DNA of 64,000 nt. Source: Syntrophales bacterium. GTDB taxonomy: Bacteria > Desulfobacterota > Syntrophia > Syntrophales > PHBD01. Both the position numbers and the translations under genes were made by a program. The notes beneath the pieces were generated by a model. The model was not told the origin of the DNA and ran no database searches. It worked only from the letters and a program-made list of their open reading frames with translations. Positions 49,538-60,346 of this stretch are shown piece after piece. Positions within the stretch are counted from its first letter, which is position 1; every line of letters begins with the position of its first letter. Where the stretch lies: positions 4,160,001-4,224,000 of the forward strand of contig OY764159.1 of the NCBI GenBank assembly GCA_963668175.1. The letters are read 5' to 3'.

Positions 49538-51679
49538 TCACATGACATTTATGTATTTGTTCACTTTTTTTTGTTCCCGGATAAGCTTGTATCGGGAAAT
49601 ACCCAGCCTCCGGGCAGCCTCCGTCTTGTTGCCCTTGCTCATGGCCAGGGCTTCCGACAGGAGCTTGCCTTTCAAGTCTGTGGCAATCTTTTCAGTCACA
49701 GTCCCGTAATCCATACCTTCCTCGATCAGCGGCGGCAACAGGTTTTCAATCGGCATTTCCGGTTCCCTTTTGCCGGTGACCGCTTTAATCTCAGCCGGCA
49801 GGTGATCTCTGGTAATCACATCACCCAGATTTTGCAGGATCATAACCCTTTCGATGATATTTTTAAGTTCGCGGACATTGCCGGGCCAGGCATACGATTT
49901 AATCGCACTCTCCGCGTCCTTACTGAATACCTTGACCCTTTTACTGAATTTCTTGTTAAACTCCTCGACGAAATGTTGTGCCAGAAGGATAATGTCGTCC
50001 GGTCTTTCCCTCAAAGGGGGTATATGGATCGGAACAACGCTGATTCTATAGAACAGATCCTCCCGAAAAGAACCGTCGGCAACCATCTTATTCAGATCCT
50101 TATTGGTTGAAAAGACGAACCTCACGTCGACGGGGATATTGTCGATGCCGCCAAGTCTCCGTATGTATCCGTCTTCAAGCATCCGCAGAAATTTGGCCTG
50201 CAATTGGATGCTCATGTCGCCTATCTCGTCGAGCAGCATCGTTCCACCGTTGGCGTGTTCCAACAGACCGATTTTTCTCTTCCTCGCATCGGTAAAGGCA
50301 CCCGCCTCATAACCAAACAGCTCGCTTTCGAGCAACGTCCCCGGAATGGCGGCGCAATTGACGTCGACAAAGGGCTTGGTGCTGCGATTGCCCTGCCTGT
50401 GGATAGCCCTGGCGATCAGTTCCTTGCCCGTACCGCTTTCTCCCCGGATGAGCAGATTGGTATTATGGCTTGCCACTTCCCCTATGAGATGAAATATGGC
50501 CACCATCTCTTTCGATTTTCCCCGGATGTTATGGAAACCGAGGAGCCTGTCTTCCCGTTCTTTGAGTTTCTCCACTTCCGTTTTCAAAGACCGGGCTTCC
50601 TGGAAAAGAACGGAGTGCATAATGGAATTGTCGTAAGACGCTGCGGCATTCTTCACCAGGACATCCAGAAGATTGATCTGGTCCTGAGTATAAATACCTT
50701 TCTTCTTGGCCAGATAGAGCGCACCTCTGTATCGATCCTTCATATTGAGGGGTATAACGATTTCACGGGGGTAAACATCGAAAAGAGGAGGGGCATGAAC
50801 ATTGGTTCCCGGCTGTTGAACGATGATGATATTGGAGTCCATTGACTTGCCGATGATCCCCTTTAATATTTTCTCTTCGAATGCGTTCTTGTCGTCTTTG
50901 ATGATCTTCCTGCCGTCGTTTACCAGGCATTGCTTCTTGTGCAGATCCCAGAAGAAGACGAGCACCTCATCCGCGCGCGAGATATCGAGAGCGCTCTTGA
51001 CCAGCACATCTCTGATCCCGTTATCCAGAACATAGCTGCCGTTCATTGTGGATACGGCCTCCTGTAAGACCATAAGCTGCCTGATCTTCTCGGCATTCGT
51101 CTCAAAGAGCCTGGCATTGTGGATGATAATGCTGATCTGGCTTGCAAATGTCAGAAACAGATTGATTTCTTCCGGGAAAAATTTCGTCTCTTCTTCGCTC
51201 CAGGCTGCGAGGGACCCGATGACATCTTCGCCGATTTTGAGCGGTGCGCAAAAGATAGACCCTCTGCTATATATTTTCGTCAGCATCCGATCCGTTTCCG
51301 TGATCCGGTTATCGGTCGCCGCATTTTCTATGGCGATGTGCTGACCCGATTTCGCCACCTTGGTCGCCAGACAATCGTGATCGAGAATATTGACAAAGAT
51401 CGTGAAGGCCCTTTTTTCCTCCTCGGGCGTGTAATTCTTGACTACCTTGGTTTCCAGATACTGCCTCGATTCGTCAAACAGACGGATGATGCCTCGATCG
51501 AACCCGATGCTGTCCACAACCTCGTCAAGGATCTTGGCCAGGATGTCGTCGAGGCGGGAGGGGGCGGTCAAAAGCGTACTGATGCGAAAAATGCTCTTCA
51601 GGAGCTTGTCCTTATCCAACCGGGGTTTTTGTGATTTTAACATCGTTCCGTTATACTCCGCTCTCTTGGGCATATTCAC
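49538..51679 (-). CDS. GAF-GAF sigma54-dependent enhancer-binding protein
   Basis: Two GAF-like domains, GESGTGKE, GAFTDA, FREDLFYR, Fis HTH. Confidence 0.92.
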   Translation of the reverse strand: MNMPKRAEYNGTMLKSQKPRLDKDKLLKSIFRISTLLTAPSRLDDILAKILDEVVDSIGFDRGIIRLFDESRQYLETKVVKNYTPEEEKRAFTIFVNILDHDCLATKVAKSGQHIAIENAATDNRITETDRMLTKIYSRGSIFCAPLKIGEDVIGSLAAWSEEETKFFPEEINLFLTFASQISIIIHNARLFETNAEKIRQLMVLQEAVSTMNGSYVLDNGIRDVLVKSALDISRADEVLVFFWDLHKKQCLVNDGRKIIKDDKNAFEEKILKGIIGKSMDSNIIIVQQPGTNVHAPPLFDVYPREIVIPLNMKDRYRGALYLAKKKGIYTQDQINLLDVLVKNAAASYDNSIMHSVLFQEARSLKTEVEKLKEREDRLLGFHNIRGKSKEMVAIFHLIGEVASHNTNLLIRGESGTGKELIARAIHRQGNRSTKPFVDVNCAAIPGTLLESELFGYEAGAFTDARKRKIGLLEHANGGTMLLDEIGDMSIQLQAKFLRMLEDGYIRRLGGIDNIPVDVRFVFSTNKDLNKMVADGSFREDLFYRISVVPIHIPPLRERPDDIILLAQHFVEEFNKKFSKRVKVFSKDAESAIKSYAWPGNVRELKNIIERVMILQNLGDVITRDHLPAEIKAVTGKREPEMPIENLLPPLIEEGMDYGTVTEKIATDLKGKLLSEALAMSKGNKTEAARRLGISRYKLIREQKKVNKYINVM

Positions 51680-51714
51680 CTTTCATCGCGATGCCGGTGT
51701 GAAAAAACGTCTTC

Positions 51715-52224
51715 TCAGACTTCCTTCAAGATGATGCTCAAGGCCGTTGTCAACTTGACCGTATCCTCATCCGCCTTTCTCAGTCTGGCGCTGACAATCC
51801 TGGATAAATTCAATAAAACGCGATAGCCGAGCTCATGATCCTTCTCGGCAAGCAGCAGGAATTCGTCCTTACTGATTTCATAAAGAATGCAGTCCGTCAA
51901 CGCCCTTATCGTTGCTGTCCGCTTCGATTCCTCCAGCAGCGCAATCTCGCCGAAAACCGCGTGATCTCCTGCACTGAGATGCGTGAATACCTTGCCCCGG
52001 TCCGCATCGTCGTCGTCCATACCCTCCAGGACCAGACTCTTGACGACCTCGACCGTGCCGTCATGCATGATATACATATGGTGGCCGACTTCCCCTTCCT
52101 TCATGATAACGTCACCCTTCTTGAAGGAGACCCGGTGCGTGATGCTGAGCAATTTCGCGATCTGCTCCCGCGACAGGTCTTTAAATAGGGCCGGCTCCGA
52201 TAAAAGCGTTATCTCATCGTTCAT
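51715..52224 (-). CDS. Stand-alone cyclic nucleotide-binding domain protein
   Basis: FGEIALL...RTATIRA phosphate-binding cassette; no HTH. Confidence 0.88.
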   Translation of the reverse strand: MNDEITLLSEPALFKDLSREQIAKLLSITHRVSFKKGDVIMKEGEVGHHMYIMHDGTVEVVKSLVLEGMDDDDADRGKVFTHLSAGDHAVFGEIALLEESKRTATIRALTDCILYEISKDEFLLLAEKDHELGYRVLLNLSRIVSARLRKADEDTVKLTTALSIILKEV

Positions 52225-52260
52225 GGCTTAGCCTCCTGAACTGGGCCTGCGTAAAGGTCA

Positions 52261-53442
52261 TCATATTTTATCGGGCATCGTTTTGGAAAGGATAACGGCA
52301 TAATCATCGGGCCCCACAATATAATCGTCATCGGGGTTGATGACGGCCTTCGATTCGTCCCTTTCGTAAAAGAAATCCTTCTTTGATTCCTTGATCTTTT
52401 CCTTGATAAAACGATCGATCGCCGACGTGTTGTCGGACAGCAGATCGTCCAGCCGCATGGCCTGCTTTTCCTTCAACAGGCCGATTAGAATAGCGTGCTG
52501 CTTCTTTCGGAAATATTGGGACAGCTCCAAAAAGGTCTTGCCGACAAAGGAACCGGGAATACCGACGCGCCAGAGCTTATTGGTATCGCCCAGAGAGATG
52601 ATGCTGTTGAAGACCCTCGGCAATCCAGGGGAATTAATGGCGCTTGCCAGAAGCGACCCGATATGCTCCCCTCGGATGATAATCTCGTCGACACCCGTTC
52701 TCTTCAAATGGGGCTTATTTTCACTATCCAGAATCTCGGCTATCGTCTTGACTTGCGGAGCAATGGACTTGATGGTCAGCGTAGCGAGGATCGTACGTTC
52801 GTCCACTTTATCCTTGGAACGCCCACCGGACAAATCCGCCATGATGAGGGCGAATTTCGCTTTGAGGATACCCGCGCGATGGAGAATATCCTCATGGATA
52901 AAATCTCCGCGAAGGAATTTGAGATCGTAGTTGTGATATTTCAATTTCAGGGATTCGATATCGTCGACGGCCAGTTCATTAATCAGGACGATCGGCGTAT
53001 CGCCCATGGGACCATACATCGTGAGGCCCTTCAGGGCATCTTCGGTGTGTTCGTTCCAGCCGCATATCACAATGTGGTTCTTTCCCTTGATCGTGTCCAA
53101 GCCCCTCCCCTCCTTCATTTTCTTTTCGACAAAAATGGACGCAATGGTTGCAGTGAACAACGACATCAAACCCACACCAAACACGATCAGGATCAAAGCA
53201 ACGATCCTCCCGCCTACGGATACGGGATATTTATCACCGTAACCCACGGTACCCATGGTTACAACAGCCCACCAGATGCTGTCCCAGATGCTTTGAATAT
53301 TCGGCTCGGGTACGTGGCTTTCGAAATAAAAGACGCTGACGGCTGCCAAGCATATAACGGCTAGCGTAATAATAGCAATCTGGAAAGACGCCTGCCGATA
53401 AAGTCTGCCTATGCTTTTAACCGCCCTTGATAGATTCGGCAT
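52261..53442 (-). CDS. Potassium channel with RCK/TrkA-N domain
   Basis: WWAVVTMGTVGYGD selectivity filter, HIVICGW. Confidence 0.92.
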   Translation of the reverse strand: MPNLSRAVKSIGRLYRQASFQIAIITLAVICLAAVSVFYFESHVPEPNIQSIWDSIWWAVVTMGTVGYGDKYPVSVGGRIVALILIVFGVGLMSLFTATIASIFVEKKMKEGRGLDTIKGKNHIVICGWNEHTEDALKGLTMYGPMGDTPIVLINELAVDDIESLKLKYHNYDLKFLRGDFIHEDILHRAGILKAKFALIMADLSGGRSKDKVDERTILATLTIKSIAPQVKTIAEILDSENKPHLKRTGVDEIIIRGEHIGSLLASAINSPGLPRVFNSIISLGDTNKLWRVGIPGSFVGKTFLELSQYFRKKQHAILIGLLKEKQAMRLDDLLSDNTSAIDRFIKEKIKESKKDFFYERDESKAVINPDDDYIVGPDDYAVILSKTMPDKI

Positions 53443-53520
53443 CGATTTTATCTCGATGAAAGGTATGATGAATAAAAAGAACAGGACCGGCCATACTCTC
53501 TGCCGCCAGCCCTGCCGCGA

Positions 53521-55554
53521 TTAACTCTTGTCGTAAGCAAAGAATTGCATGGTGAACACAGCTCTTCCCTGCGTGGCCGACCGCAGGTCCGTCGAATACC
53601 CGAACATGGCCCGCAAGGGGACCTTCGCCTTGATTTCGCTGATGGGACCTTTGGGAGCAATGGCCTGAATCTCGCCCTTGCGGGCATTGATATCTCCGAT
53701 AACCTCCCCCATAAACTCGGCGGGCGAGATGACATCCACCATCATGATCGGCTCCAGCAAAACGGGCTCGGCCAGCAGGCATCCGTCCCTGAAGGCCGAT
53801 GAGGCCGCAATCTTGTAACCCATCAGGGAGGATTCGCCTTCCTTCACCGAACCGCCCGAGAGTTCGATCCGAACGTCCACAACCGGGTATCCGCCCACGA
53901 CGCCGCTTTGCACGGCTTCGTTAATACCCTCGATGATGGCGGGATGAAATTCCTCGGGGATCGCCGCAGCGTCGAGGCGGTTGACAATCTCGTTGCCTGA
54001 GCCCCGCGGCAGGGGTTCCAGAGTGAGCCTGACGTGTCCGAAGTGCCGTTTGTCACCAAGTTCCTTTTCAAAGCGGCCTTCGATCTCAACCCTTTTCTGT
54101 ATGGTTTCCCTATAGACAACCCGCGGTTTTCCTATGTTCACATGGGCGTTGAATTCCCTGGTCAGCCGGTCGATAAGGATTTCCAGATGCAATTCTCCCA
54201 TACCGGAAATAATGGTCTGGGCGGTTTCGTCTTCGTATTTGAACTTGAAAGTCGGGTCTTCTTCCATGAACTTTGACAAGGCCAGGGTCAGCCTTTCCTG
54301 ATCGGCCGGTGTCTTGGCTTCGACGGCCTGGCTGATCACGGGTTCGTAGAACTCGATGGACTCCAGAAGGATCGGATTTTTTTCATCGCATAGGGTATCT
54401 CCCGTAGTCGCATCCTTGAATCCCATGACTCCGACGATGTCGCCCGCACCGGCGCGTTCGATTCTTTCCCGTTTGTTGGCATGCATCTTAAGCAGCCGGG
54501 CGATCTTCTCTTTCCTCTTTTTGCTCGCGTTATAGACATCCTCCCCGACCTGCAACTGCCCGGAATAGATCCTCAGATACGTCAGTTTCCGTCCCTCGTC
54601 CTGCATGACCTTGAAAACAAGGGCGGCCATCGGTTCCTTGGCGTTGCTCGCTCTGGTTTCCTCCAGGCCTGTTTTGGGGTTGATCCCTTTTACGGCAGGG
54701 ACGTCCTCCGGTGAAGGCAGGTACAGCACAACGGCATCCAGAACGGGCTGCACGCCCTTGTTCTTCAGGGCCGATCCGCACATGACCGGCACAAGCTTAA
54801 GAGAGATGGTTGCCTGACGGACGGCCCTGACGATATCCGCCTCGGATATCTCTTCACCGGCCAGATATTTTTCGGCCAGGGCATCGTCCACATCGGCGAG
54901 CGTCTCGATCATCTTTTCCCTCTGGGTTTCTGCCTCGGGAAAAATGTCGTCGGGAATATCCGAAGTCGTAAAAGACACACCAAGCGTGCTGTCGTCCCAG
55001 GATATAACCCGTCGCCGGATCAAATCCACCACCCCCCGGAATGAATCCTCCCGACCCAACGGTATCTGGACAGGCAAAGGAATGGAATTGAATCTCTCCT
55101 TCATCATCGCGACCGTTCCGAAGAAGTCCGCCCCTATCCGATCCATTTTGTTGATGAAGGCTATTTTCGGCACACCGTATTTATCCGCCTGATGCCAGAC
55201 CGTCTCCGACTGGGGCTCGACCCCTCCGACGGCGCAAAACACAACGACGGCTCCATCAAGGACCCGCAGCGACCGTTCGACCTCGATCGTAAAATCCACA
55301 TGCCCGGGCGTATCGATGACGTGGATTTCATGGTTGTTCCACTCGCAGGTCGTCACCGCCGACGTAATGGTTATCCCCCGCTCCTGCTCCTGGGGCATCC
55401 AATCCATGACAGCCTGCCCGTCATGCACTTCGCCCATCTTGTAAGACCGGCCCGTATAAAAAAGGACCCTTTCCGTCACGGTCGTCTTCCCGGCATCGAT
55501 ATGGGCCACGATACCAATGTTCCTTATGCGGGACAATTTCGTTTTTGGGGCCAT
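53521..55554 (-). CDS. fusA: Elongation factor G (stand-alone paralogue)
   Basis: [31 protein letters not shown]. Confidence 0.95.
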   Translation of the reverse strand: MAPKTKLSRIRNIGIVAHIDAGKTTVTERVLFYTGRSYKMGEVHDGQAVMDWMPQEQERGITITSAVTTCEWNNHEIHVIDTPGHVDFTIEVERSLRVLDGAVVVFCAVGGVEPQSETVWHQADKYGVPKIAFINKMDRIGADFFGTVAMMKERFNSIPLPVQIPLGREDSFRGVVDLIRRRVISWDDSTLGVSFTTSDIPDDIFPEAETQREKMIETLADVDDALAEKYLAGEEISEADIVRAVRQATISLKLVPVMCGSALKNKGVQPVLDAVVLYLPSPEDVPAVKGINPKTGLEETRASNAKEPMAALVFKVMQDEGRKLTYLRIYSGQLQVGEDVYNASKKRKEKIARLLKMHANKRERIERAGAGDIVGVMGFKDATTGDTLCDEKNPILLESIEFYEPVISQAVEAKTPADQERLTLALSKFMEEDPTFKFKYEDETAQTIISGMGELHLEILIDRLTREFNAHVNIGKPRVVYRETIQKRVEIEGRFEKELGDKRHFGHVRLTLEPLPRGSGNEIVNRLDAAAIPEEFHPAIIEGINEAVQSGVVGGYPVVDVRIELSGGSVKEGESSLMGYKIAASSAFRDGCLLAEPVLLEPIMMVDVISPAEFMGEVIGDINARKGEIQAIAPKGPISEIKAKVPLRAMFGYSTDLRSATQGRAVFTMQFFAYDKS

Positions 55555-55615
55555 AATGAGTGTCTATCCTGAAAACATCCGGTCGGCAAATTCCTGGCTG
55601 CCCGCCCGGCGGGGA

Positions 55616-56230
55616 TTATTTTTCTCCCGGTCCTTTCATATCTTTGAATTCAAAGGCCTGTTTCGTGCTGACATGACCTTTGATCGAATCGACCTCTTTT
55701 CCTTCCACCAATATCCGTACCCTTTTGATAGCAGGAATATTCACAACCAGGGTATCCGTCAGGGAATAAACCGTAGCTACTTCGCTAGCGGTGCCGCCGG
55801 GATGATCCTTTACGAAGCTCTTGTTGAAATTAATCTCGGCAATTCCATTTTCCCTTATCCTGACACCCTGTACTTCGGTTTTTGGCGGAAAAGTCGCTAT
55901 TTTACCGCTTTTGGATCCTTCGATCAGGGCCTTGACGAGTTCCTTGGCCTGCTCGGTATCGTTTGCCTCCTTGGCAATCAACCTCTTTTCCGCAGACAGA
56001 TAGCGTTCATTGGACTCGGAAAAGAAAAGCGTATATTCCTGCTTCTCCTTCTTCCGGACGCCTCCTTTTCCTGCCGTCGGGGGAAAGATGGTATCGAACA
56101 AAGTCACAAACAGAAAGATGAGCAATCCGATAACGGTTACGATGATTCCCGACAGGAGCACCGTCTGCATGTTGTGCTTCTTCTTTTTGTCCTTGATTTC
56201 CGTCACTCTGCGTTGTTTTTTCGATGCCAT
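55616..56230 (-). CDS. GerMN-domain membrane-anchored protein
   Basis: Basic N-terminus, one TM, HPGG...E...VYSL..TL, VRILVEG, IKGH. Confidence 0.8.
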   Translation of the reverse strand: MASKKQRRVTEIKDKKKKHNMQTVLLSGIIVTVIGLLIFLFVTLFDTIFPPTAGKGGVRKKEKQEYTLFFSESNERYLSAEKRLIAKEANDTEQAKELVKALIEGSKSGKIATFPPKTEVQGVRIRENGIAEINFNKSFVKDHPGGTASEVATVYSLTDTLVVNIPAIKRVRILVEGKEVDSIKGHVSTKQAFEFKDMKGPGEK

Positions 56231-56333
56231 GGCTCTGAGATGCGCCTGCAGAAGCGTATGCTCCCGCAAAGCAGACTATAGTCTTGTCAAAGCACGAAGG
56301 TTTTACGGAAAAACCATCGTGCGGATCCTAATG

Positions 56334-57095
56334 TTAACGATTAAGAGCCCTCAGGCTCTCTTTCGCCTTGATACCGTATTCCGAATCGGGAGCGATCTTT
56401 ACGGCCTTCTGAAATGCGGCAATACCCTCCGCCCTCTTGAATTGTTTCAAATAACACTGCCCTAACCAATAATAAGCATCGACGAAATCGGGAACGAGTT
56501 CGATGGATTTTTTTAAGTGCCTGACAGCATTTTCATAATCTCCCCTGTTATAGCTCACGATTCCGATATCCCGCTCGATACCGGGAAGCAGGGGCGTATT
56601 GGGGTCCTTGGCAATAGCTTCATCGAATTTCGCAAGGGCGGTCTTGGAGTCGCCTTTCCGGTAGTAGGACCAGCCCATATTGAAGAGCGCGGCGGCCGGC
56701 GCGTCGTACAGAACGTTGGCCAGGGCCTTATTGAAATGCTCGATGGCCTTATCGTACAATCCCATCTGGTTGTAGACGGATCCCAGATACGTATGGGCCT
56801 GCGAGAAATCCGGCTGCAAATCTATGGCCTTCTTGAATTCAGCAATCGCCTTGTCCCGCAAATCCTTGCCCACATAAGCCACACCCAGAAAATAGTGGCT
56901 CTTTGCATCCCCATCATACAATTCATTCGCCTGAAGCAATTCCTTCAAGGCGTCATTGTATTGGCCCTGATTGAGGAAGGCAATCCCCAGGTCCGAATGG
57001 ATGGTCGCCTGGTTCTTCTGCCATTGGCTCGTACATCCCGTCAGCATGATCAGCAAAGCCGACATCCATATGACGATCGATTTCCCGTAATTCAT
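56334..57095 (-). CDS. TPR lipoprotein (PilF/Tgl-like)
   Basis: Lipobox LTGC followed by tandem TPR repeats. Confidence 0.8.
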   Translation of the reverse strand: MNYGKSIVIWMSALLIMLTGCTSQWQKNQATIHSDLGIAFLNQGQYNDALKELLQANELYDGDAKSHYFLGVAYVGKDLRDKAIAEFKKAIDLQPDFSQAHTYLGSVYNQMGLYDKAIEHFNKALANVLYDAPAAALFNMGWSYYRKGDSKTALAKFDEAIAKDPNTPLLPGIERDIGIVSYNRGDYENAVRHLKKSIELVPDFVDAYYWLGQCYLKQFKRAEGIAAFQKAVKIAPDSEYGIKAKESLRALNR

Positions 57096-57124
57096 ATCGG
57101 ACTCCTCGGATACAGAGTATGTCT

Positions 57125-57709
57125 TTATTTTTCTTGAGAGTTGTTGCCGTTGACCCACCAATCGCTCTTATCTTTGAACCACCATTCGGCCGAATCGGTC
57201 TTCAGAATTCCATCCGCAACTTTTTTCGCATTATCCGTATGGAGACGCTTAAGGACGAATACGATCCAGTCTTTGCTGTATTTGTTACCGAGATCGCCGT
57301 ACTCCTTCAACTGGAGCAAAAGGGCCAACTGATCGGCATCGTGAGCGATGATGGATTCATTCGTCTTCTTCTCATTGAATTCGTTAATAATATCTTTTAT
57401 CTCTCCCCCGAAGAAGAGTGTACCGGTCAATTCCGCGACGGCCTTTTCTTCATGAACGGTGACGTACTTTTTGTTGACGTAATTCATGTCCCCCGTTCTT
57501 GCTTCCGGCAGATCATGGACCAGGCACATTTTCAACACCTTAAGCTCATCGGCGTTCTTGTCCATTTTGCAGAGCGTGTAGCCGATAAAGATCGTCCGCA
57601 GGACATGCTCGGCCACCGATTCCGAACCTGACCCTAAAAACTGGAAACCGCTTCTGGGCGTTTTCTGCAGCATGCCGACTTCAAACAAGAAATTAACGAT
57701 ATCCTGCAT
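57125..57709 (-). CDS. HD-domain phosphohydrolase (YfbR-like)
   Basis: ESVAEH, HDLPEARTGD, DADQL. Confidence 0.88.
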   Translation of the reverse strand: MQDIVNFLFEVGMLQKTPRSGFQFLGSGSESVAEHVLRTIFIGYTLCKMDKNADELKVLKMCLVHDLPEARTGDMNYVNKKYVTVHEEKAVAELTGTLFFGGEIKDIINEFNEKKTNESIIAHDADQLALLLQLKEYGDLGNKYSKDWIVFVLKRLHTDNAKKVADGILKTDSAEWWFKDKSDWWVNGNNSQEK

Positions 57710-57710
57710 G

Positions 57711-57929
57711 CTAATCCCTTTTGAGCACCATGATGCGGTTTTTCATCATTTCGGCGACCTTTTTGACTTGAAGCTGCAACGAGGCAACGCCTTCGGGTTT
57801 CATGGCGACCAATTTATCCAGGTGCGCCTTCCAGTACTCAAGCAGTTCGATCTCGCTGTCTTTCAGCTTCTTCTCATATCTCGCCTGCACGGCCTTGACG
57901 AAATTTTCCTGGCTGTCCATCTCTCCCAT
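57711..57929 (-). CDS. Small helical hypothetical protein
   Basis: GGAGG RBS; abuts the HD-domain gene. Confidence 0.65.
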   Translation of the reverse strand: MGEMDSQENFVKAVQARYEKKLKDSEIELLEYWKAHLDKLVAMKPEGVASLQLQVKKVAEMMKNRIMVLKRD

Positions 57930-58141
57930 AGATGTCCCTCCAAATCGGGTATCCATATATCATTTCAAACCAATCTTGCAACCATGAAATTCCGCAATGA
58001 TTTTCTCCAGCGCACTGTAAAACATCCTTTACTTTTAGTCCGATTGTTGGTTAAATCGCCATAACGGGTCAGAAACAGATTAAATGCGCAGTCTTTCCAG
58101 CCAACCCTTGACTTTCTGCATCCGTGTGGTGGTGGTGTTCA

Positions 58142-59758
58142 ATGCAAGACCGACCGTATGACCTCCTGATTTCAGGGGGTGTCGTATATAACGGCCTTGG
58201 AAACGCCGGCGTCGAGGCGGACATTGCCGTAAAAAACGACCGTATCGTCCATATCAACAGGGGGATTGACAGGAAATCCTCCAGCCGTGTCATCGAAGCG
58301 CGGGGCCTCGCCGTTGCCCCGGGCTTCATCGATCCCCACAGCCACACCGACATCGAACTGCTCGTCAACCCCAGGGCGGAAAGCAAGATCAGGCAGGGCG
58401 TCACGACCGAGATCGCCGGCAACTGCGGTTTTACTTATTTTCCATTGAGCATGAGGACATTCGAGGAGAAATGGGCCCTCCTGAAGAATGGCTACGGCCT
58501 CGATCTCGACTGGCGGGACATCCGGGGATTCCTGTCGCGCCTCGAACGGCAGGGCATCGCGGTCAATTACGGGACATTCCTGGGGCACGGGGCTTTACGG
58601 GAATCGGTCATCGGACTTGAAGACAGAATGTCCGAGGACAACGAGATTGAGGCGATGCAGGCCGTCGCAGAAACCTATATGCGGGCGGGGGCATTTGGCC
58701 TGTCGACGGGCCTTATTTACGCACCCGGAAGCTTCGCCCAGAGCGAAGAGATCGAGGCATTATGCCGGGTGGTTAAACGCTACGGGGGTATTTACACGAC
58801 CCATATGAGGGACGAAGGCGACTACCTCATCGAATCCGTCGAAGAGACGATCCGGGTCGCCCGCGAAACGGGTGTAAGCCTGCAGATATCGCACTTAAAA
58901 CTCGCCTATCCGAGAAACTGGTCGAAGATTCATCTCGTGCTCTCAAGGATATCCCAGGTCAGGGCCGACGGCATCGACGTCATGGCCGACCGCTATCCCT
59001 ATACCGCCACATCAACCTTCCTGAGCGTCTTTTTTCCTCGCTGGGTCAAAAACGGCAATATATCGGAAAACCTGAAACAACTGGCGGGAACAAACCGGGA
59101 GAAAGAGCTGCAGGCGTATATCAGAACGCAGGAGGAAAAGATCGGTTCGTGGGACAATATCCTCATCGCCTCCCTGCTTACGGAGGCGAACCAAAAGCAC
59201 GCCGGCAAAACCGTCCGCCAGGCGGCCGTCGAGTCGGGCAAAGACCCTTATACGTTCATCCGGGATCTGATCATCGCCGAAAACGACCAGGTCGGGATGA
59301 TCAATTTCTCCCTTAACGAAGAGACATTCAAGCGGATCATCATGCATCCGCTCGTCGTAATCGGCTCCGACGGATGGGCCCTGGCCCCTTATGGACGGCT
59401 GGCCAAGGACAAACCGCACCCCCGCTCCTACGGGACTTTCCCTCGCATGCTCGGCCGGTACGTTCGGGACGAGCGGATTTTGTCTCTGGGAAGGGCGATT
59501 GAAAAGATGACGTCCCTCACGGCGCAAAAATTCGGATTGACGGGAAGGGGCCGCATTCAGAAAGGTTACTATGCCGACATCGTCATCTTCGATCCGGATA
59601 CGGTCATGGACATGTCCACGTGGCAGGATCCCCACCGTTACCCGGTCGGAATCCCTTATGTCATCGTCAACGGGGAGTTGGTCATCGAAAACGGAGAGCA
59701 TACCGGCCGGCTGCCCGGCAGAATCCTGAGACACGAACCCAGACACCTGAATCTTTAG
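58142..59758 (+). CDS. N-acyl-D-amino-acid deacylase (amidohydrolase)
   Basis: PGFIDPHSH, GVTTEIAGNCG, HMRDE, HPRSYGTFPR, ADIVIFD. Confidence 0.9.
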   Translation: MQDRPYDLLISGGVVYNGLGNAGVEADIAVKNDRIVHINRGIDRKSSSRVIEARGLAVAPGFIDPHSHTDIELLVNPRAESKIRQGVTTEIAGNCGFTYFPLSMRTFEEKWALLKNGYGLDLDWRDIRGFLSRLERQGIAVNYGTFLGHGALRESVIGLEDRMSEDNEIEAMQAVAETYMRAGAFGLSTGLIYAPGSFAQSEEIEALCRVVKRYGGIYTTHMRDEGDYLIESVEETIRVARETGVSLQISHLKLAYPRNWSKIHLVLSRISQVRADGIDVMADRYPYTATSTFLSVFFPRWVKNGNISENLKQLAGTNREKELQAYIRTQEEKIGSWDNILIASLLTEANQKHAGKTVRQAAVESGKDPYTFIRDLIIAENDQVGMINFSLNEETFKRIIMHPLVVIGSDGWALAPYGRLAKDKPHPRSYGTFPRMLGRYVRDERILSLGRAIEKMTSLTAQKFGLTGRGRIQKGYYADIVIFDPDTVMDMSTWQDPHRYPVGIPYVIVNGELVIENGEHTGRLPGRILRHEPRHLNL

Positions 59759-59820
59759 CAGGCTGTTGAACGGCCGCGCAGGAAGGCGGCATCTTTCTTC
59801 AGCCGATGACCGTTCGTCAC

Positions 59821-60309
59821 CTACAGGGACTCATGTCCGTAGACCTTGAGAACCTTGTCCACGATATTGGTCGTCGACGCCCCTTCAACTTCGGGAACGA
59901 CAACGACGCGACCGCCCCAGGATCGAACTTCATCCCGTCCGACAATGTTCTCTTCCGCCCAGTCCCCGCCTTTTATCAGAATATCCGGTTTCAGATACTT
60001 GATCAGCTCAAGGGGCGTCGCTTCGTCAAAAATTGTGACATAGTCTATAGACGCCAGACCTGCCAAGACTTCGGCCCGTTCCTCCTGGGGAATCAACGGC
60101 CGCTTGTCACCTTTGATCGTCCGAACGGACGAATCGCTGTTCAGGGCCAGAACCAGAATATCGGCCGTTTTTTTCGCTCCTGCGAGATATCGGACATGGC
60201 CGACATGGAGGATATCGAAGCAGCCGTTGGTGAAGGCGATTTTCTTTCCTTCATCGCGGAGACGATCCAGTTCCTTCCTTAATGCTTCCTGCGACAAAAC
60301 TTTACTCAT
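59821..60309 (-). CDS. rfaE2: D-glycero-beta-D-manno-heptose 1-phosphate adenylyltransferase
   Basis: FTNGCFDILHVGH, NSDSSV, KGGDW, STT. Confidence 0.93.
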   Translation of the reverse strand: MSKVLSQEALRKELDRLRDEGKKIAFTNGCFDILHVGHVRYLAGAKKTADILVLALNSDSSVRTIKGDKRPLIPQEERAEVLAGLASIDYVTIFDEATPLELIKYLKPDILIKGGDWAEENIVGRDEVRSWGGRVVVVPEVEGASTTNIVDKVLKVYGHESL

Positions 60310-60346
60310 TGGTCATCAAGCCCTTCAGTATCGTAGATCGTATTTG

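Noticed and set aside
58121..58141. GTGTGGTGGTGGTGT upstream of the deacylase start
   Set aside because: Single copy at RBS spacing; most simply a GGTGG-type Shine-Dalgarno
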